DNA of 64,000 nt from Eubacteriales bacterium (GCA_034104265.1 JAXEEE010000058.1:1729-65728); one strand, 5' to 3'; positions 26,556 to 36,005 are shown, counted from the first letter of the stretch. Program-made: numbers and translations. Notes: generated by a model from the letters alone, not told the origin.

Positions 26556-28823
26556 TTATTCGGCCTTCTCAGCCGTCTCGACCTTTTCCGCCTTCTTGGC
26601 CCTGGGCTTGCGGGGCTTCTTTTCCGCGGCAGGCGCCTCCGCAGCTTCCGCCTTCTTGGCCCTGGGCTTGCGGGGTTTTTTCTCCGCAGGCGCGGCATCA
26701 GCAGCAGCGGGAGCGGCAACAGGCGCCTTCTTCTCCGCAGCGTCAGCGGGGGCCGCCTTCCTGCGGCGGGACGCAGACTTGGTGGCCTCCTCGGCCTTTT
26801 CCGCTGCATCGGCAGGGGCTTCCGCACCGTGGCCGGACTGGACGATCCGCTTCACGCCGGGCTTCTTTTCCGGCTTGGGCGGAATGATCTTGTCGTACTC
26901 GTAGTATACGGTGGACAGCGGCGGCACGCAAACCTCGGCGAAGAACTCAAACTCGCCAAACTTGCCCGCCTGCGCCAGGTTGGGCAGGGAATTGTGCTGA
27001 TCGGACCCGCCGAATTCCTTCCTGTCGGTGTTGAAGAACTCTGTCAGCTTGCCGGCATAGGGCAGGCCGATGCGGTAATTCTGCCGGAACACGGGCGTCC
27101 AGTTGGTCACGCACAGGATGGTCTTGCCCTGCCTGTCCGTGCGCATGAAGGACGTGATGCTGTTGTCCGAATCGTTGGCGTTGTTCCACTGGAAGCCGTC
27201 CCAGCTGTCGTCAATCTGGTACAGCGCGGGGGTTTCCTTGTAAAGGCGGTTCAGCGTGCGGACACACTTCTGCAACTGCGGATGGTTTTCGTACAGCAGC
27301 AGGAACCAGTCCAGCTGATCGTCATACTTCCACTCGATGAAGTGGCCGAACTCCCCGCCCATGAACAGCAGCTTTTTGCCGGGGTGCGCCATGGTGTAGC
27401 CGTACAGCGCGCGCAGGCCTGCAAACTTCCGCCAGATGTCGCCGGGCTGCTTGTCCAGCATGGAGTGCTTGCCGTGCACCACCTCGTCGTGGGAGAAGGG
27501 CAGGATGTAGTTTTCCGAGAAGGCGTACATCAGCGAGAAGGTCAGCTTGTTGTGGTGATACTTGCGGTACACAGGATCCTTCTCCACATAGGAAAGGATG
27601 TCGTTCATCCAACCCATGTTCCACTTGAATCCGAAGCCCAAACCGCCCATGTAGGCGGGCTTGGTCACCATGGGGAAGGCGCTGGATTCCTCGGCGATCA
27701 TCATCACGCCAGGGAAGTCGCGGTAGACCACCTCGTTCAGCTTGCGCAGGAAGCTGATGGCGTCCAGGTTCTCATGGCCGCCGTACTGGTTGGGCAGCCA
27801 CTGGCCCTGGTCGCGGCAGAAGTCATAGTACAGCATGGAGGACACCGCGTCCACGCGGATGCCGTCGGCATGGTACCAGTCCAGCCAGAAGCAGGCATTG
27901 GACAGCAGGAAGCTGCGCACCTCGCCCCGGGCGAAGTCGAACAGGTGGGTGCCCCACTGGGGCATATCGCCGCGGCGGGGATCGGGATGCTCATAGCAGG
28001 CGGTGCCGTCAAAGCGCCGCAGGCAGAAGCTGTCCCGGGGGAAGTGGGCCGGCACCCAGTCCAGAATCACGCCGATGCCCGCCTGATGGCAACGGTCGAT
28101 GAGGGCCATCAGATCCTTGGGCTTGCCGAAGCGGGCCGTGGCTGCGTAGTAGCCGGATACCTGGTATCCCCAGGACATATCGAGGGGATGCTCCATCACC
28201 GGCAGCAGCTCGATGTGGGTGTAGCCCATCTCCAATACATAGGGGATCAGCTGATCGGCAATCTCCCCGTAGGTGAGCATGGTTCCGTCCTCATGCCGCC
28301 GCCAGGAACCCAGGTGCAATTCATAGATGTTGACCGGGCTGTGGTAGGGATCCCAGGCTGCACGCTTCTTCAGCCAGGCCTCGTCCTTCCAGGCGTACCC
28401 CTCCATGTCATACACGAAGGAGGCGGTGCCGGGACGGTTCTGCATGGCGAAGCCATAGGGGTCAGCCTTTTCCACCATGCTGCCGTCCGCACCATGAACC
28501 ACGTACTTGTACGCCTTGATCATTTCCGGCGCGTCGGGATAATTGTACCGCTCCGGGTCGGAAGCCACGTCGAAGGTCTCGGCGGGGAGGCGCAGCTCCC
28601 ACGTGCCGTCGAACTGCTTTTTCATGGGATACGCGGTCTTGTCCCAGCGGCAGAATTCGCCGGTCAGGTAAACCTGCCGGGCATTCGGAGCCCAGACGGC
28701 GAAATGCCATACCAGCTTACCGTCCTGCTCCACGGGGTGCGCGCCCAGCATCTCATAAGCGCGCCTGTTGGTTCCCTGATGGAAGCTTTCGCGCACCTCA
28801 GCAGTGGGAGCTACATAACGCAT
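26556..28823 (-). CDS. glgB: 1,4-alpha-glucan branching enzyme GlgB with a basic C-terminal extension of about 110 aa
   Basis: GH13 core motifs (DWVPAHF, GIRVDAV, AEES, SHDEV). The tail carries two copies of [13 protein letters not shown]. The start at 28823 (MRYVAPT) follows GAAAGAAGGGG. Confidence 0.9.
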   Translation of the reverse strand: MRYVAPTAEVRESFHQGTNRRAYEMLGAHPVEQDGKLVWHFAVWAPNARQVYLTGEFCRWDKTAYPMKKQFDGTWELRLPAETFDVASDPERYNYPDAPEMIKAYKYVVHGADGSMVEKADPYGFAMQNRPGTASFVYDMEGYAWKDEAWLKKRAAWDPYHSPVNIYELHLGSWRRHEDGTMLTYGEIADQLIPYVLEMGYTHIELLPVMEHPLDMSWGYQVSGYYAATARFGKPKDLMALIDRCHQAGIGVILDWVPAHFPRDSFCLRRFDGTACYEHPDPRRGDMPQWGTHLFDFARGEVRSFLLSNACFWLDWYHADGIRVDAVSSMLYYDFCRDQGQWLPNQYGGHENLDAISFLRKLNEVVYRDFPGVMMIAEESSAFPMVTKPAYMGGLGFGFKWNMGWMNDILSYVEKDPVYRKYHHNKLTFSLMYAFSENYILPFSHDEVVHGKHSMLDKQPGDIWRKFAGLRALYGYTMAHPGKKLLFMGGEFGHFIEWKYDDQLDWFLLLYENHPQLQKCVRTLNRLYKETPALYQIDDSWDGFQWNNANDSDNSITSFMRTDRQGKTILCVTNWTPVFRQNYRIGLPYAGKLTEFFNTDRKEFGGSDQHNSLPNLAQAGKFGEFEFFAEVCVPPLSTVYYEYDKIIPPKPEKKPGVKRIVQSGHGAEAPADAAEKAEEATKSASRRRKAAPADAAEKKAPVAAPAAADAAPAEKKPRKPRAKKAEAAEAPAAEKKPRKPRAKKAEKVETAEKAE
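26580..26700 (-). repeat. Tandem 60-bp in-frame coding repeat, two copies, in the glgB 3' end
   Basis: CTTCTTGGCCCTGGGCTTGCGGGG occurs at 26592 and 26652. Confidence 0.85.
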
Positions 28824-29077
28824 AATAGGCCCCTTCTTTCTTTGCAATCATAGACCCTGGAAGATGGATATGGACATAATCTCTTTGTTTTACAGTACCT
28901 ATTGTAAACACATTTCGGGGGTCGCGTCAAGCATTAAACGGAATTTTGTCACAAATTTTTCGAAAGGTGACCAATTTTACCACTTCCGGCACAATTATCA
29001 TGCCTGACGCTTCTTTCGCCCGCATGCATACAGGCGGAATGTACGGCATATATCCCACCTGAAGCGAGGTGATTGCC

Positions 29078-30196
29078 GTGAGAAGGCGCTATCCATCCCT
29101 GAAACTGTGCAGGCTGATGCTGCTTCTGGCCTGCCTGTGGACGCTGTGCGGTGCGCCGCTGACCAGGGCCCAGTGGGAGGGCGTTCCCATGCAGCTGCGC
29201 AGAACCGTGCTGCAGCTGCCGGGGCGGATGCGGCAGATTCTCCTGCTCTGGCACACACCGGCGGAAAGCGTTATCAGCCAAGCCGAGGCGGAAACGAGAC
29301 AAGTGGAGCTGACCCTGAATGTCTGGGACGCCAAGGCGCAGGCTGTCCGGCGTCTAAGCCTGGAGGACTATGTGCAGGGCGTTGTCGCTGCGGAGATGCC
29401 CGCCGCATATGCCCCGGAGGCCCTCAAGTGCCAGGCGGTCGCCGCGAGAACCCGGGCAGTCTGGAGCTGCAGGAGCCTGGGCGGCAACGGCTGCGCCACC
29501 CGGCCTGACTGCGATATCTGTACGGATTCCGCCTGCTGCCAGGGATATTTGTCCGCGGCGGAGCAGCAGGCGAAGTGGGCCGGCGAATACGCGGCCTGCC
29601 GCAGCCGGACGGAGAGCGCTGTCCGGGCCACGGCTGGGCAGATTATTACCTATGAAGGGCTGCCCATCCAGGTGCTGTACCACGCCAGCTCCGGCGGCAT
29701 GACTGAGGACGCGCAGGCGGTTTTCTCCGAGGCGCTGCCCTATCTGACGCATGTGGAAAGCCCCGGTGAGGAGCATGCTTCCTGCTTCTCCGCGGACACG
29801 ACCTATTCCCTTGAGGATGCCGCCGCCCTGCTGGAGAAGGCCTTTCCCGGCTGCGGCGTGACGGCGGAGGGCCTGCCTGGTCAGCTGCGGCTGCAGAACA
29901 GCACGGCCTCCGGGCGGATTGCCACCATCCTTGTGGGCACGCAGACTGTGACGGGACAGGCCTTCCGCCAGGCGCTGAACCTGCGCAGTACGCTGGTCAC
30001 CTGGGATGCGGAGGACGATACCATCACCTTCCACACCCTGGGCTACGGCCACGGCGTGGGCATGAGCCAGGCGGGCGCCCAGGCCATGGCGGGCTCCGGC
30101 AGCAGATACCCGGAGATTCTTGCACACTACTATCCCGGCACGCAGCTTTCCCTGCTGCCAGTGCTGCATGAGGAGGACGCTTCCGGGTCACACTGA
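29078..30196 (+). CDS. spoIID: Stage II sporulation protein D (SpoIID lytic transglycosylase)
   Basis: Signal/TM N-terminus and SpoIID motifs (AVAARTRAV, YHASSGGMTEDA, GYGHGVGMSQAGA). A GTG start at 29078 lies 6 nt after GAGGTG; an alternative GTG is at 29069. Confidence 0.85.
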   Translation: MRRRYPSLKLCRLMLLLACLWTLCGAPLTRAQWEGVPMQLRRTVLQLPGRMRQILLLWHTPAESVISQAEAETRQVELTLNVWDAKAQAVRRLSLEDYVQGVVAAEMPAAYAPEALKCQAVAARTRAVWSCRSLGGNGCATRPDCDICTDSACCQGYLSAAEQQAKWAGEYAACRSRTESAVRATAGQIITYEGLPIQVLYHASSGGMTEDAQAVFSEALPYLTHVESPGEEHASCFSADTTYSLEDAAALLEKAFPGCGVTAEGLPGQLRLQNSTASGRIATILVGTQTVTGQAFRQALNLRSTLVTWDAEDDTITFHTLGYGHGVGMSQAGAQAMAGSGSRYPEILAHYYPGTQLSLLPVLHEEDASGSH

Positions 30197-30216
30197 CCTG
30201 ACAGGGAGGTGTCTGC

Positions 30217-30876
30217 ATGAGTGTCAGGCAACGCTGGAAGCAGTTCGCGCAGGGGTATCAGCGGTTCGTGGAGAAGCAGGGCTTTCCGATCATCATGACG
30301 GTGTGCATCGCGGTGATCGTCTTTTCTGCCGTGTGGTCAGGGCGGATGGAAACGACCATGCCCTCGCCCACCCCGCCGGTGGATCAGGCGCAATCCGCTG
30401 CGCAGCTGCAGCAGCAGTCCCTCGCAGATGCGCTCACGCCCTCGCCCACGCCCACCGCAACGCCGGTGGTCTGGCGCGCGCCGCTGGAGAAGATCACCGT
30501 GCTGCGCAGCTTCAATGCGTCGCGTTTGCAGCGGTCCGCCGTCACGGGCGTATGGCAGCTGCATGACGCGGTTGATCTGGCCGCGGATACCGGCGCGCTT
30601 GTCTGTGCCATGGGGGACGGCGTGGTGCTTGCGTGCGGCGAGGAAGGCGTGAAGGGTGCGTGGGCGGTGATCGGCCATAGCGGCGGCGTGACGGCCGAAT
30701 ACGCGGGCATGTCGCTGCTGTCTGCGCTGCGGGAGGGCGATCCTGTTCAGGCCGGACAGACCATCGGCTTTGCAGGCAGCGGCATGCTGGATGAAACGGA
30801 TCTGCAATCCCACCTGCACCTGCGTGTCACCCGGGACGGACAGGTTGTCGATCCCCTGCTGCTGTTCATGCCGTAA
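30217..30876 (+). CDS. Membrane-anchored M23/LytM peptidase, SpoIIQ-like by position
   Basis: N-terminal TM segment (FPIIMTVCIAVIVFSAVW). LytM domain with HxxxD (HDAVD) and HxH (HLHLRV). Located directly downstream of spoIID. Confidence 0.7.
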   Translation: MSVRQRWKQFAQGYQRFVEKQGFPIIMTVCIAVIVFSAVWSGRMETTMPSPTPPVDQAQSAAQLQQQSLADALTPSPTPTATPVVWRAPLEKITVLRSFNASRLQRSAVTGVWQLHDAVDLAADTGALVCAMGDGVVLACGEEGVKGAWAVIGHSGGVTAEYAGMSLLSALREGDPVQAGQTIGFAGSGMLDETDLQSHLHLRVTRDGQVVDPLLLFMP

Positions 30877-30891
30877 ATTGACCTCAGGGGA

Positions 30892-30919
30892 TTGATTTTT
30901 TTCCACCGACGTGTATAAT
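30892..30919 (+). promoter_or_regulatory. Putative sigma-A promoter for glmS
   Basis: TTGATT (30892-30897), 16 nt, TATAAT (30914-30919). AGGAGG RBS at 30941-30946. Confidence 0.5.
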
Positions 30920-30955
30920 ACGTTATGATACGTATTATTCAGGAGGTTATTCGAT

Positions 30956-32791
30956 ATGTGCGGCATTGTAGGTTATATCGGCAGTCAGCAGGTGCAGCCC
31001 TTTTTGCTGGAGGGGCTGTCCCGCCTGGAATATCGCGGTTATGACAGCGCAGGTGTGGCGGTGATGGATCAGGGCGTGATTCATCTGATGAAGGCCAAGG
31101 GTCGCCTGAGCAATCTGCAGGACAAGCTGGAAAGCGCGCCTCTGCCGGGTACCGTCGGCATCGGCCACACCCGCTGGGCCACTCACGGCGAGCCCTCCGA
31201 CCTGAACGCCCACCCCCATACGGACATGAAGGGTGATATCGCCATTGTGCACAACGGCATTATCGAGAATCATGACCGTCTTCGGGTGTCCCTGCAGGCC
31301 CAGGGCTGCGTCTTTGTTTCCCAGACGGATACGGAGGTCATCGCGCACCTGCTGCAGACCCTCTATGACGGCGACATGCTCTCCGCCCTGCGCAAGGCGC
31401 AGAACATGCTGGAGGGAAGCTATGCCCTGGGGGTCATCTGCACCCGGGAGCCCGACGTGCTTTACTGCACCCGCAAGGATAGCCCGCTGGTGGTGGGCCT
31501 TGGCGAGGACGCGCAGTACATCGCCAGCGACATTCCCGCCCTCATCGCCCACACCCGTGAGGTGGAGCTGATGGAGGACAAGGAAATTGCCGTCCTCCGC
31601 CGGGACAGCGTGACGGTGTACGATCCCTACGGCCGGGCCCGGGCGCTGCATCCCATCCACGTGGACTGGGACGTGGAGGCTGCGGAGAAGGGCGGCTACC
31701 CCCACTTTATGCTCAAGGAGATTCACGAGGAGCCCGCCGCGCTGAGCAAGACCTTCACCGCCCATGTGGATACGAAGACCATGACCCTGCGGGAGGACGC
31801 GTTCCCCTTCTCCCGTGAGGAAGCCGCTTCGCTGAGCTGCCTGACCATTGTGGCCTGCGGCACAGCATACCATGCGGGCGTCATCGGCAAGTATGTGATT
31901 GAGCGGCTTGCCCGTCTGCCCGTGGTGGTGGACGTGGCCAGCGAGTTCCGCTACCGGGAGCCGATCCTGGGCCAGGGCGACCTGTTCCTGGCCATCTCCC
32001 AGAGCGGCGAGACCGCGGACACCCTGGCCGCCATGCGGGAGGCGGCCCGCCTGGGTGCGAAAACCATGGCGCTGACCAACGTGGTGGGCTCCTCCATCGC
32101 CCGTGAGGCCGGGAAGAATGTCATGTACACCTATGCCGGGCCGGAGATCGCCGTGGCCAGCACGAAGGCCTACATCACCCAGGTGGAGATGATGGCCCTG
32201 CTGGCCATCGACCTGGCGCAGAAACGGGGTGTGCTCTCCCCTGCCGATGCTTCCGATCTGCTGCGGGAGCTGGCGTCCATCCCGGACAAGGCGGAAGCCC
32301 TGCTTGCCTGCGAGGCGGATGTCAAGCGCTTCGCCAGCAGATATTATGACAAAAAGCACGTGTTCTATATCGGGCGTGGCATCGACTACGCCCTGGCGCT
32401 GGAGGCCAGCCTGAAGCTGAAGGAAGTCAGCTACATCATGAGCGAGGCCTACGCTGCGGGTGAGCTGAAGCACGGCACCATTGCCCTCATCGAGCAGGGG
32501 ACGCTGGTCTGCACACTGATGACCCAGCCCCGCCTGGCGGACAAGACCCTCTCCAACATCCGCGAAACCCGCAGCCGCGGCGCGCGCACGCTGGTGGTCT
32601 GCACGGAGAGCCTGCGGGACAAGGCTGCCCCCGAGGCCGACGAGCTGTGGGTCATCCCGGACACGGCCCCGGCCTTCGCGCCGCTGCTGGCTATCATTCC
32701 CGTGCAGCTGCTGGCCTATTCCATGGCTGTCAGCCGCGGCTGCGACGTGGACAAACCCCGGAATCTGGCCAAGTCCGTCACGGTGGAATAA
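30956..32791 (+). CDS. glmS: Glutamine--fructose-6-phosphate aminotransferase
   Basis: MCGIVGYIG N-terminal nucleophile, two SIS domains, and a C-terminal KSVTVE. Confidence 0.95.
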   Translation: MCGIVGYIGSQQVQPFLLEGLSRLEYRGYDSAGVAVMDQGVIHLMKAKGRLSNLQDKLESAPLPGTVGIGHTRWATHGEPSDLNAHPHTDMKGDIAIVHNGIIENHDRLRVSLQAQGCVFVSQTDTEVIAHLLQTLYDGDMLSALRKAQNMLEGSYALGVICTREPDVLYCTRKDSPLVVGLGEDAQYIASDIPALIAHTREVELMEDKEIAVLRRDSVTVYDPYGRARALHPIHVDWDVEAAEKGGYPHFMLKEIHEEPAALSKTFTAHVDTKTMTLREDAFPFSREEAASLSCLTIVACGTAYHAGVIGKYVIERLARLPVVVDVASEFRYREPILGQGDLFLAISQSGETADTLAAMREAARLGAKTMALTNVVGSSIAREAGKNVMYTYAGPEIAVASTKAYITQVEMMALLAIDLAQKRGVLSPADASDLLRELASIPDKAEALLACEADVKRFASRYYDKKHVFYIGRGIDYALALEASLKLKEVSYIMSEAYAAGELKHGTIALIEQGTLVCTLMTQPRLADKTLSNIRETRSRGARTLVVCTESLRDKAAPEADELWVIPDTAPAFAPLLAIIPVQLLAYSMAVSRGCDVDKPRNLAKSVTVE

Positions 32792-32830
32792 TGCCAGCGC
32801 ATCCTGGAAAATCCATACAGTCCGACACTG

Positions 32831-32855
32831 AAAAGCGGCTTTGGCCGCTTTTTTT
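32831..32855 (+). terminator. Rho-independent terminator after glmS
   Basis: AAAAGCGGC, TTTG loop, GCCGCTTTTTTT. Confidence 0.8.
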
Positions 32856-32917
32856 GCGTCAACCATGCCATCAGGATGGGAGATACGGTTTTTAATTTGT
32901 ATTGTTTGCCGCATGCT

Positions 32918-32946
32918 TTGACTTTTTCCCACCGCGGATGTAGAAT
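32918..32946 (+). promoter_or_regulatory. Putative promoter for the second MATE gene
   Basis: TTGACT, 17 nt, TAGAAT. Confidence 0.4.
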
Positions 32947-32990
32947 ATGGTTTGGCCCTTGGGAACACAAGAAAAGGATGTGACCCTTTC

Positions 32991-34319
32991 GTGAAAGACC
33001 TGACCGTAGGCCGTCCCAGCCGTGTGCTGGCTGCCTACACCCTGCCCCTGTTCGGCAGTATTATCTTCCAGCAGCTCTACAACATTGCCGACAGCCTGGT
33101 GGCCGGACGCTATATTGGTACCGAGGCCCTGGCCGCCGTGGGAAACTCCTATGAAATCACGCTGATCTATATCGCCCTGGCAGTGGGCTGCAACATCGGC
33201 GCGTCGGTGATCACCGCCCGCTTCTTCGGTGAGAAGCGCTGGCGCGAGGTGCGCAGCGCCATCACTACTTCGCTGATCTTCTCGGCTGCGCTGGGGCTGG
33301 TGCTGACCGTGGCGGGCTTCTTCCTGTGCGACTGGCTGCTCCGCCTCATCAATACGCCCCAAGAGGTCTTTGCGGATTCCGCCGCCTACCTGGACATCTA
33401 CCTGATGGGCTATGTGTTCCTGATCCTCTACCAGGTAGCCACGGGCATCTTTTCCGCCATGGGCGATTCCCGCACACCCTTCTGGTTCCTGGCGGTGTCC
33501 TCGGTCAGCAACATCTTCGTGGATATTCTCTTTGTCCGGCAGTTCGGCATGGGCGTGGAGGGCGTTGCCTGGGCCACGTTCCTGTGCCAGTCCATCAGCG
33601 GCATGGCGGCGGTGGCGGCAGTGCTCCTGAAGCTGCGGCGGATGGAGGGACGGGGTGCGACGCTGTTCTCCTTCCCCATCCTGAAGAAGATCCTGACCAT
33701 CGCCGCGCCCAGCGCCGTACAGCAGAGCTTCATCTCTGTGGGCAATATCCTGATCCAGAGCGTCATCAACGGCTTCGGTACGGCGGCCATCGGAGGCTAC
33801 GCAGCGGCGGTGAAGCTGAACAACATGACCATCACCTCCATCACCGCCCTGGGCAACGGTATCAGCAACTACACCTCCCAGAACCTGGGCGCGAAGAAGC
33901 ATGAGCGCATCCGGCAGGGCTTCCGAAGCGGCGCGGTGCTGGGCGGCGGCGTAGCGCTACTGTTCGCCGCAGCGTATTTGATTTTCGGCCCGCAGCTGGT
34001 GGGCGTGTTCATCACTGACGGCAACCTGGAGGCCCATCAGGTGGGCGTACGTTTCCTGCAAATCGTGTCGCCCTTCTATGTGGTGATCGCCATGAAGCTC
34101 ATCAGCGACGGTGTGCTGCGCGGCGCCTCCCGGATGAAGGACTTCATGGCTTCCACCATGACGGATCTGGTGCTGCGGGTGGTGCTGGCCTTTGTGTTCT
34201 CCGCCATGCTGGGCGTGACAGGCGTGTGGCTCAGCTGGCCTGTGGGCTGGGTGCTGGGCACGGCGCTGTCCTGCTGGTTCTATGCACGGTGGATACGCCG
34301 GCTGCTCCGCGACGAGTGA
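32991..34319 (+). CDS. MATE-family efflux transporter (second copy)
   Basis: N-terminus (VKDLTVGRPSRVLAAYTLPLFGSIIFQQLYNIADSLVAG) and 12 TM segments. GTG start assumed; the ORF track gives TTG at 32952. Confidence 0.85.
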   Translation: MKDLTVGRPSRVLAAYTLPLFGSIIFQQLYNIADSLVAGRYIGTEALAAVGNSYEITLIYIALAVGCNIGASVITARFFGEKRWREVRSAITTSLIFSAALGLVLTVAGFFLCDWLLRLINTPQEVFADSAAYLDIYLMGYVFLILYQVATGIFSAMGDSRTPFWFLAVSSVSNIFVDILFVRQFGMGVEGVAWATFLCQSISGMAAVAAVLLKLRRMEGRGATLFSFPILKKILTIAAPSAVQQSFISVGNILIQSVINGFGTAAIGGYAAAVKLNNMTITSITALGNGISNYTSQNLGAKKHERIRQGFRSGAVLGGGVALLFAAAYLIFGPQLVGVFITDGNLEAHQVGVRFLQIVSPFYVVIAMKLISDGVLRGASRMKDFMASTMTDLVLRVVLAFVFSAMLGVTGVWLSWPVGWVLGTALSCWFYARWIRRLLRDE

Positions 34320-34329
34320 GCATGCAGCA

Positions 34330-34361
34330 AAAAAGACCTGTCCTGCAGGACAGGTCTTTTT
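34330..34361. terminator. Bidirectional terminator between the MATE gene and the anti-sigma gene
   Basis: Perfect 32-nt palindrome AAAAAGACCTGTCCTG / CAGGACAGGTCTTTTT. Confidence 0.8.
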
Positions 34362-34374
34362 CATTTGCGGATGA

Positions 34375-35313
34375 TTACTGCATTGCAGCCTCGAAGGCCT
34401 CGAAGAATTCCGGGCAGCTCCAGGTACCGCAGGCGGACAGGTTGTCGTCCCGGACGGCCAGCTGAACCGTCAGGCCGTTGTCCAGACCAATCAGCAGGGA
34501 CTGCCTGCCGCTGACCGTTCCGCTGGATTCATAGGTGGCGCAGTCCAGCAGCGTGGACATGAGCCCCTCGCAGGTCGCCGCATCCGTGATGACGCCCACG
34601 TCGCTCAGCTCCATGCTGGCGATATGCCCGCTGATCTGCAGCGTATCGTCCAGGGCCTCACTGCCTCGCAGGGCGTTGCCGTTGAAGCTGACCCGCTGGA
34701 ACAGCCGCATGCTGCCGTTCACCTCCGCCGCCACCAGGGTGCCGCCCATGCCACTGATTTCGTACACCTCTGTGCCGAAGGCAGCTGCGTTGGACAGCAG
34801 CACATCACCGCCGGACAGGGAGGGCTCCGTGGTGAACTCCGCCACCGTGCCCAAACTGGTGCCCAGCAGGCTGTCGCTGACAGAGCCGGGGGTGGTCAGC
34901 ATCCGGTAGTACCGGCCCTGCGCACCGATGAGCGGGAAGGTGCCGCTGCCCTCCTCCCAAATGCTGCGGTAGGCGGGTGCAGCGCCATTCTGCCCGATGG
35001 ACACGCTGTCCTCGGACATGTTCAGCAGGGCGCGCTCACTGCCTGCGACGCCGTTGCCCGCCGCCTGGGATGTGATGAGGCTGTTCTGCCGCGGCTGGCG
35101 AAGCATCGGCACAGTGACGGCGACGCACACCACCAGCGCCATGGCACAGGCCAGCGCAGGAGCCCAGACCTTCCGCTTCCTGGGCTGAGGCGGCTGTGCG
35201 GCGGCGCGCTCAATGCGCAGCATCAGGTGGCGGTCGGCCTCCAGACCGGACAGGCTCCTGTCCGCCGTTTGGGACAGCTGCTCCAGCTGATGAAGCACCT
35301 CCTGACTTTTCAT
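34375..35313 (-). CDS. Putative anti-sigma factor: short cytoplasmic N-terminus, one TM segment, extracytoplasmic domain of about 230 aa of unknown type
   Basis: The ATG at 35313 overlaps (ATGA) the ECF sigma stop. Single TM segment (VWAPALACAMALVVCVAVTVPML). No recognisable domain in the C-terminal part. Confidence 0.6.
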   Translation of the reverse strand: MKSQEVLHQLEQLSQTADRSLSGLEADRHLMLRIERAAAQPPQPRKRKVWAPALACAMALVVCVAVTVPMLRQPRQNSLITSQAAGNGVAGSERALLNMSEDSVSIGQNGAAPAYRSIWEEGSGTFPLIGAQGRYYRMLTTPGSVSDSLLGTSLGTVAEFTTEPSLSGGDVLLSNAAAFGTEVYEISGMGGTLVAAEVNGSMRLFQRVSFNGNALRGSEALDDTLQISGHIASMELSDVGVITDAATCEGLMSTLLDCATYESSGTVSGRQSLLIGLDNGLTVQLAVRDDNLSACGTWSCPEFFEAFEAAMQ

Positions 35314-35864
35314 TCCGCCTCGCCTCCCTTCAGAATCTGTTCGAGCTTTTTCCGGCCTCTGCTCAGCCGGGATGAAATGGTTCCCTCGGGCAATTCCATC
35401 ATCTCTGCAATCTCCGTGATGCCATAGCCTTGATAATAGTGCAGCAGGATAACCTCCTTGAAGGAGGCCGGCAGCTGATTGATGGCGCTCATCAGCTCCT
35501 GCTGATCCGTCAGCTTGCCGATCTCGTCCGGCGCAGGCACAAGCTCGAATTTCGGGCTGCCCAGGACAACCCGCTTCACCCATGCGCCCCGCCACAGATC
35601 CCGGCAGCGGTTCAGCGCGACCTTCAAAAGCCACGCTTTCTCCCGGCCCTCCTGCAGCACAGGGGCATTGGTGATCAGACGGACGAACACGTCCTGGCAC
35701 ACGTCCTCCGCCTTCTGCCTGTCGCCCAGATAGAAGTAGCTTACGCGCAGCACATCGGTAGCATACTTTTCGTACAGCTCCTCGAAGTACGCGGTATCAT
35801 CCCGGACCTGCGCCGCCTGCACGAGCTCTTCCTCCCCGCCGTTTCTTTCGGACCGTTCAACCAT
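35310..35864 (-). CDS. ECF-type RNA polymerase sigma-70 family factor
   Basis: Region 2 (DVCQDVFVRLI, KAWLLKVALNRCRDLWR) and region 4 HTH (YQGYGITEIAEMMELPEGTISSRLSRGRKKL). Confidence 0.85.
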   Translation of the reverse strand: MVERSERNGGEEELVQAAQVRDDTAYFEELYEKYATDVLRVSYFYLGDRQKAEDVCQDVFVRLITNAPVLQEGREKAWLLKVALNRCRDLWRGAWVKRVVLGSPKFELVPAPDEIGKLTDQQELMSAINQLPASFKEVILLHYYQGYGITEIAEMMELPEGTISSRLSRGRKKLEQILKGGEAE

Positions 35865-36005
35865 ATAAACGCATAACCCTCCCGGCTTTATTCCAACGTA
35901 ATTGTAACATTTTCAAGAAATTTGAAAACAAAAGTATGACATTCCCGGCGGAGCCGGTGAACAAAGCCATTATACCATAACAGCGTGAAGCGCGTAAAGG
36001 GTCAG

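Noticed and set aside
24035-26887. A 950-aa ORF on the plus strand opposite glgD and glgC. Similar very long antisense ORFs occur at 5573-6727, 8496-10040, 19723-21729, 21944-24025, 26484-28853, 30947-32968, 38644-40602, 41628-43094, 49730-51760, 55681-57123 and 61646-63364.
   Set aside because: Each lies antisense to a gene with clear family motifs. Their translations are dominated by G/A/R/H/L/V/Q/P with no recognisable motifs. They lack RBS context. Long stop-free antisense frames are expected in GC-rich DNA.
29006-29034. A possible sigma-E-type promoter for spoIID, with CATACAGG at 29027-29034.
   Set aside because: The -10-like CATACA is present, but the sequence at the expected -35 position (GACGCTT) matches the sigma-E consensus poorly. 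This is not enough evidence without a weight-matrix scan or transcription-start data.
30700-30955. An expected glmS ribozyme upstream of glmS.
   Set aside because: The intergenic space is only 79 nt and is occupied by the promoter and RBS. I could not recognise the conserved ribozyme core by eye. This needs a covariance-model scan for formal exclusion.
35865-36005. AT-rich region upstream of the ECF sigma gene with a TGGTATAAT element and a TTTTCAA/TTGAAAA inverted repeat, considered as an autoregulated ECF promoter.
   Set aside because: I could not find a GAAC-N16-17-CGT-type ECF promoter motif. The TATAAT element may be a housekeeping promoter, but the assignment is too uncertain to list.
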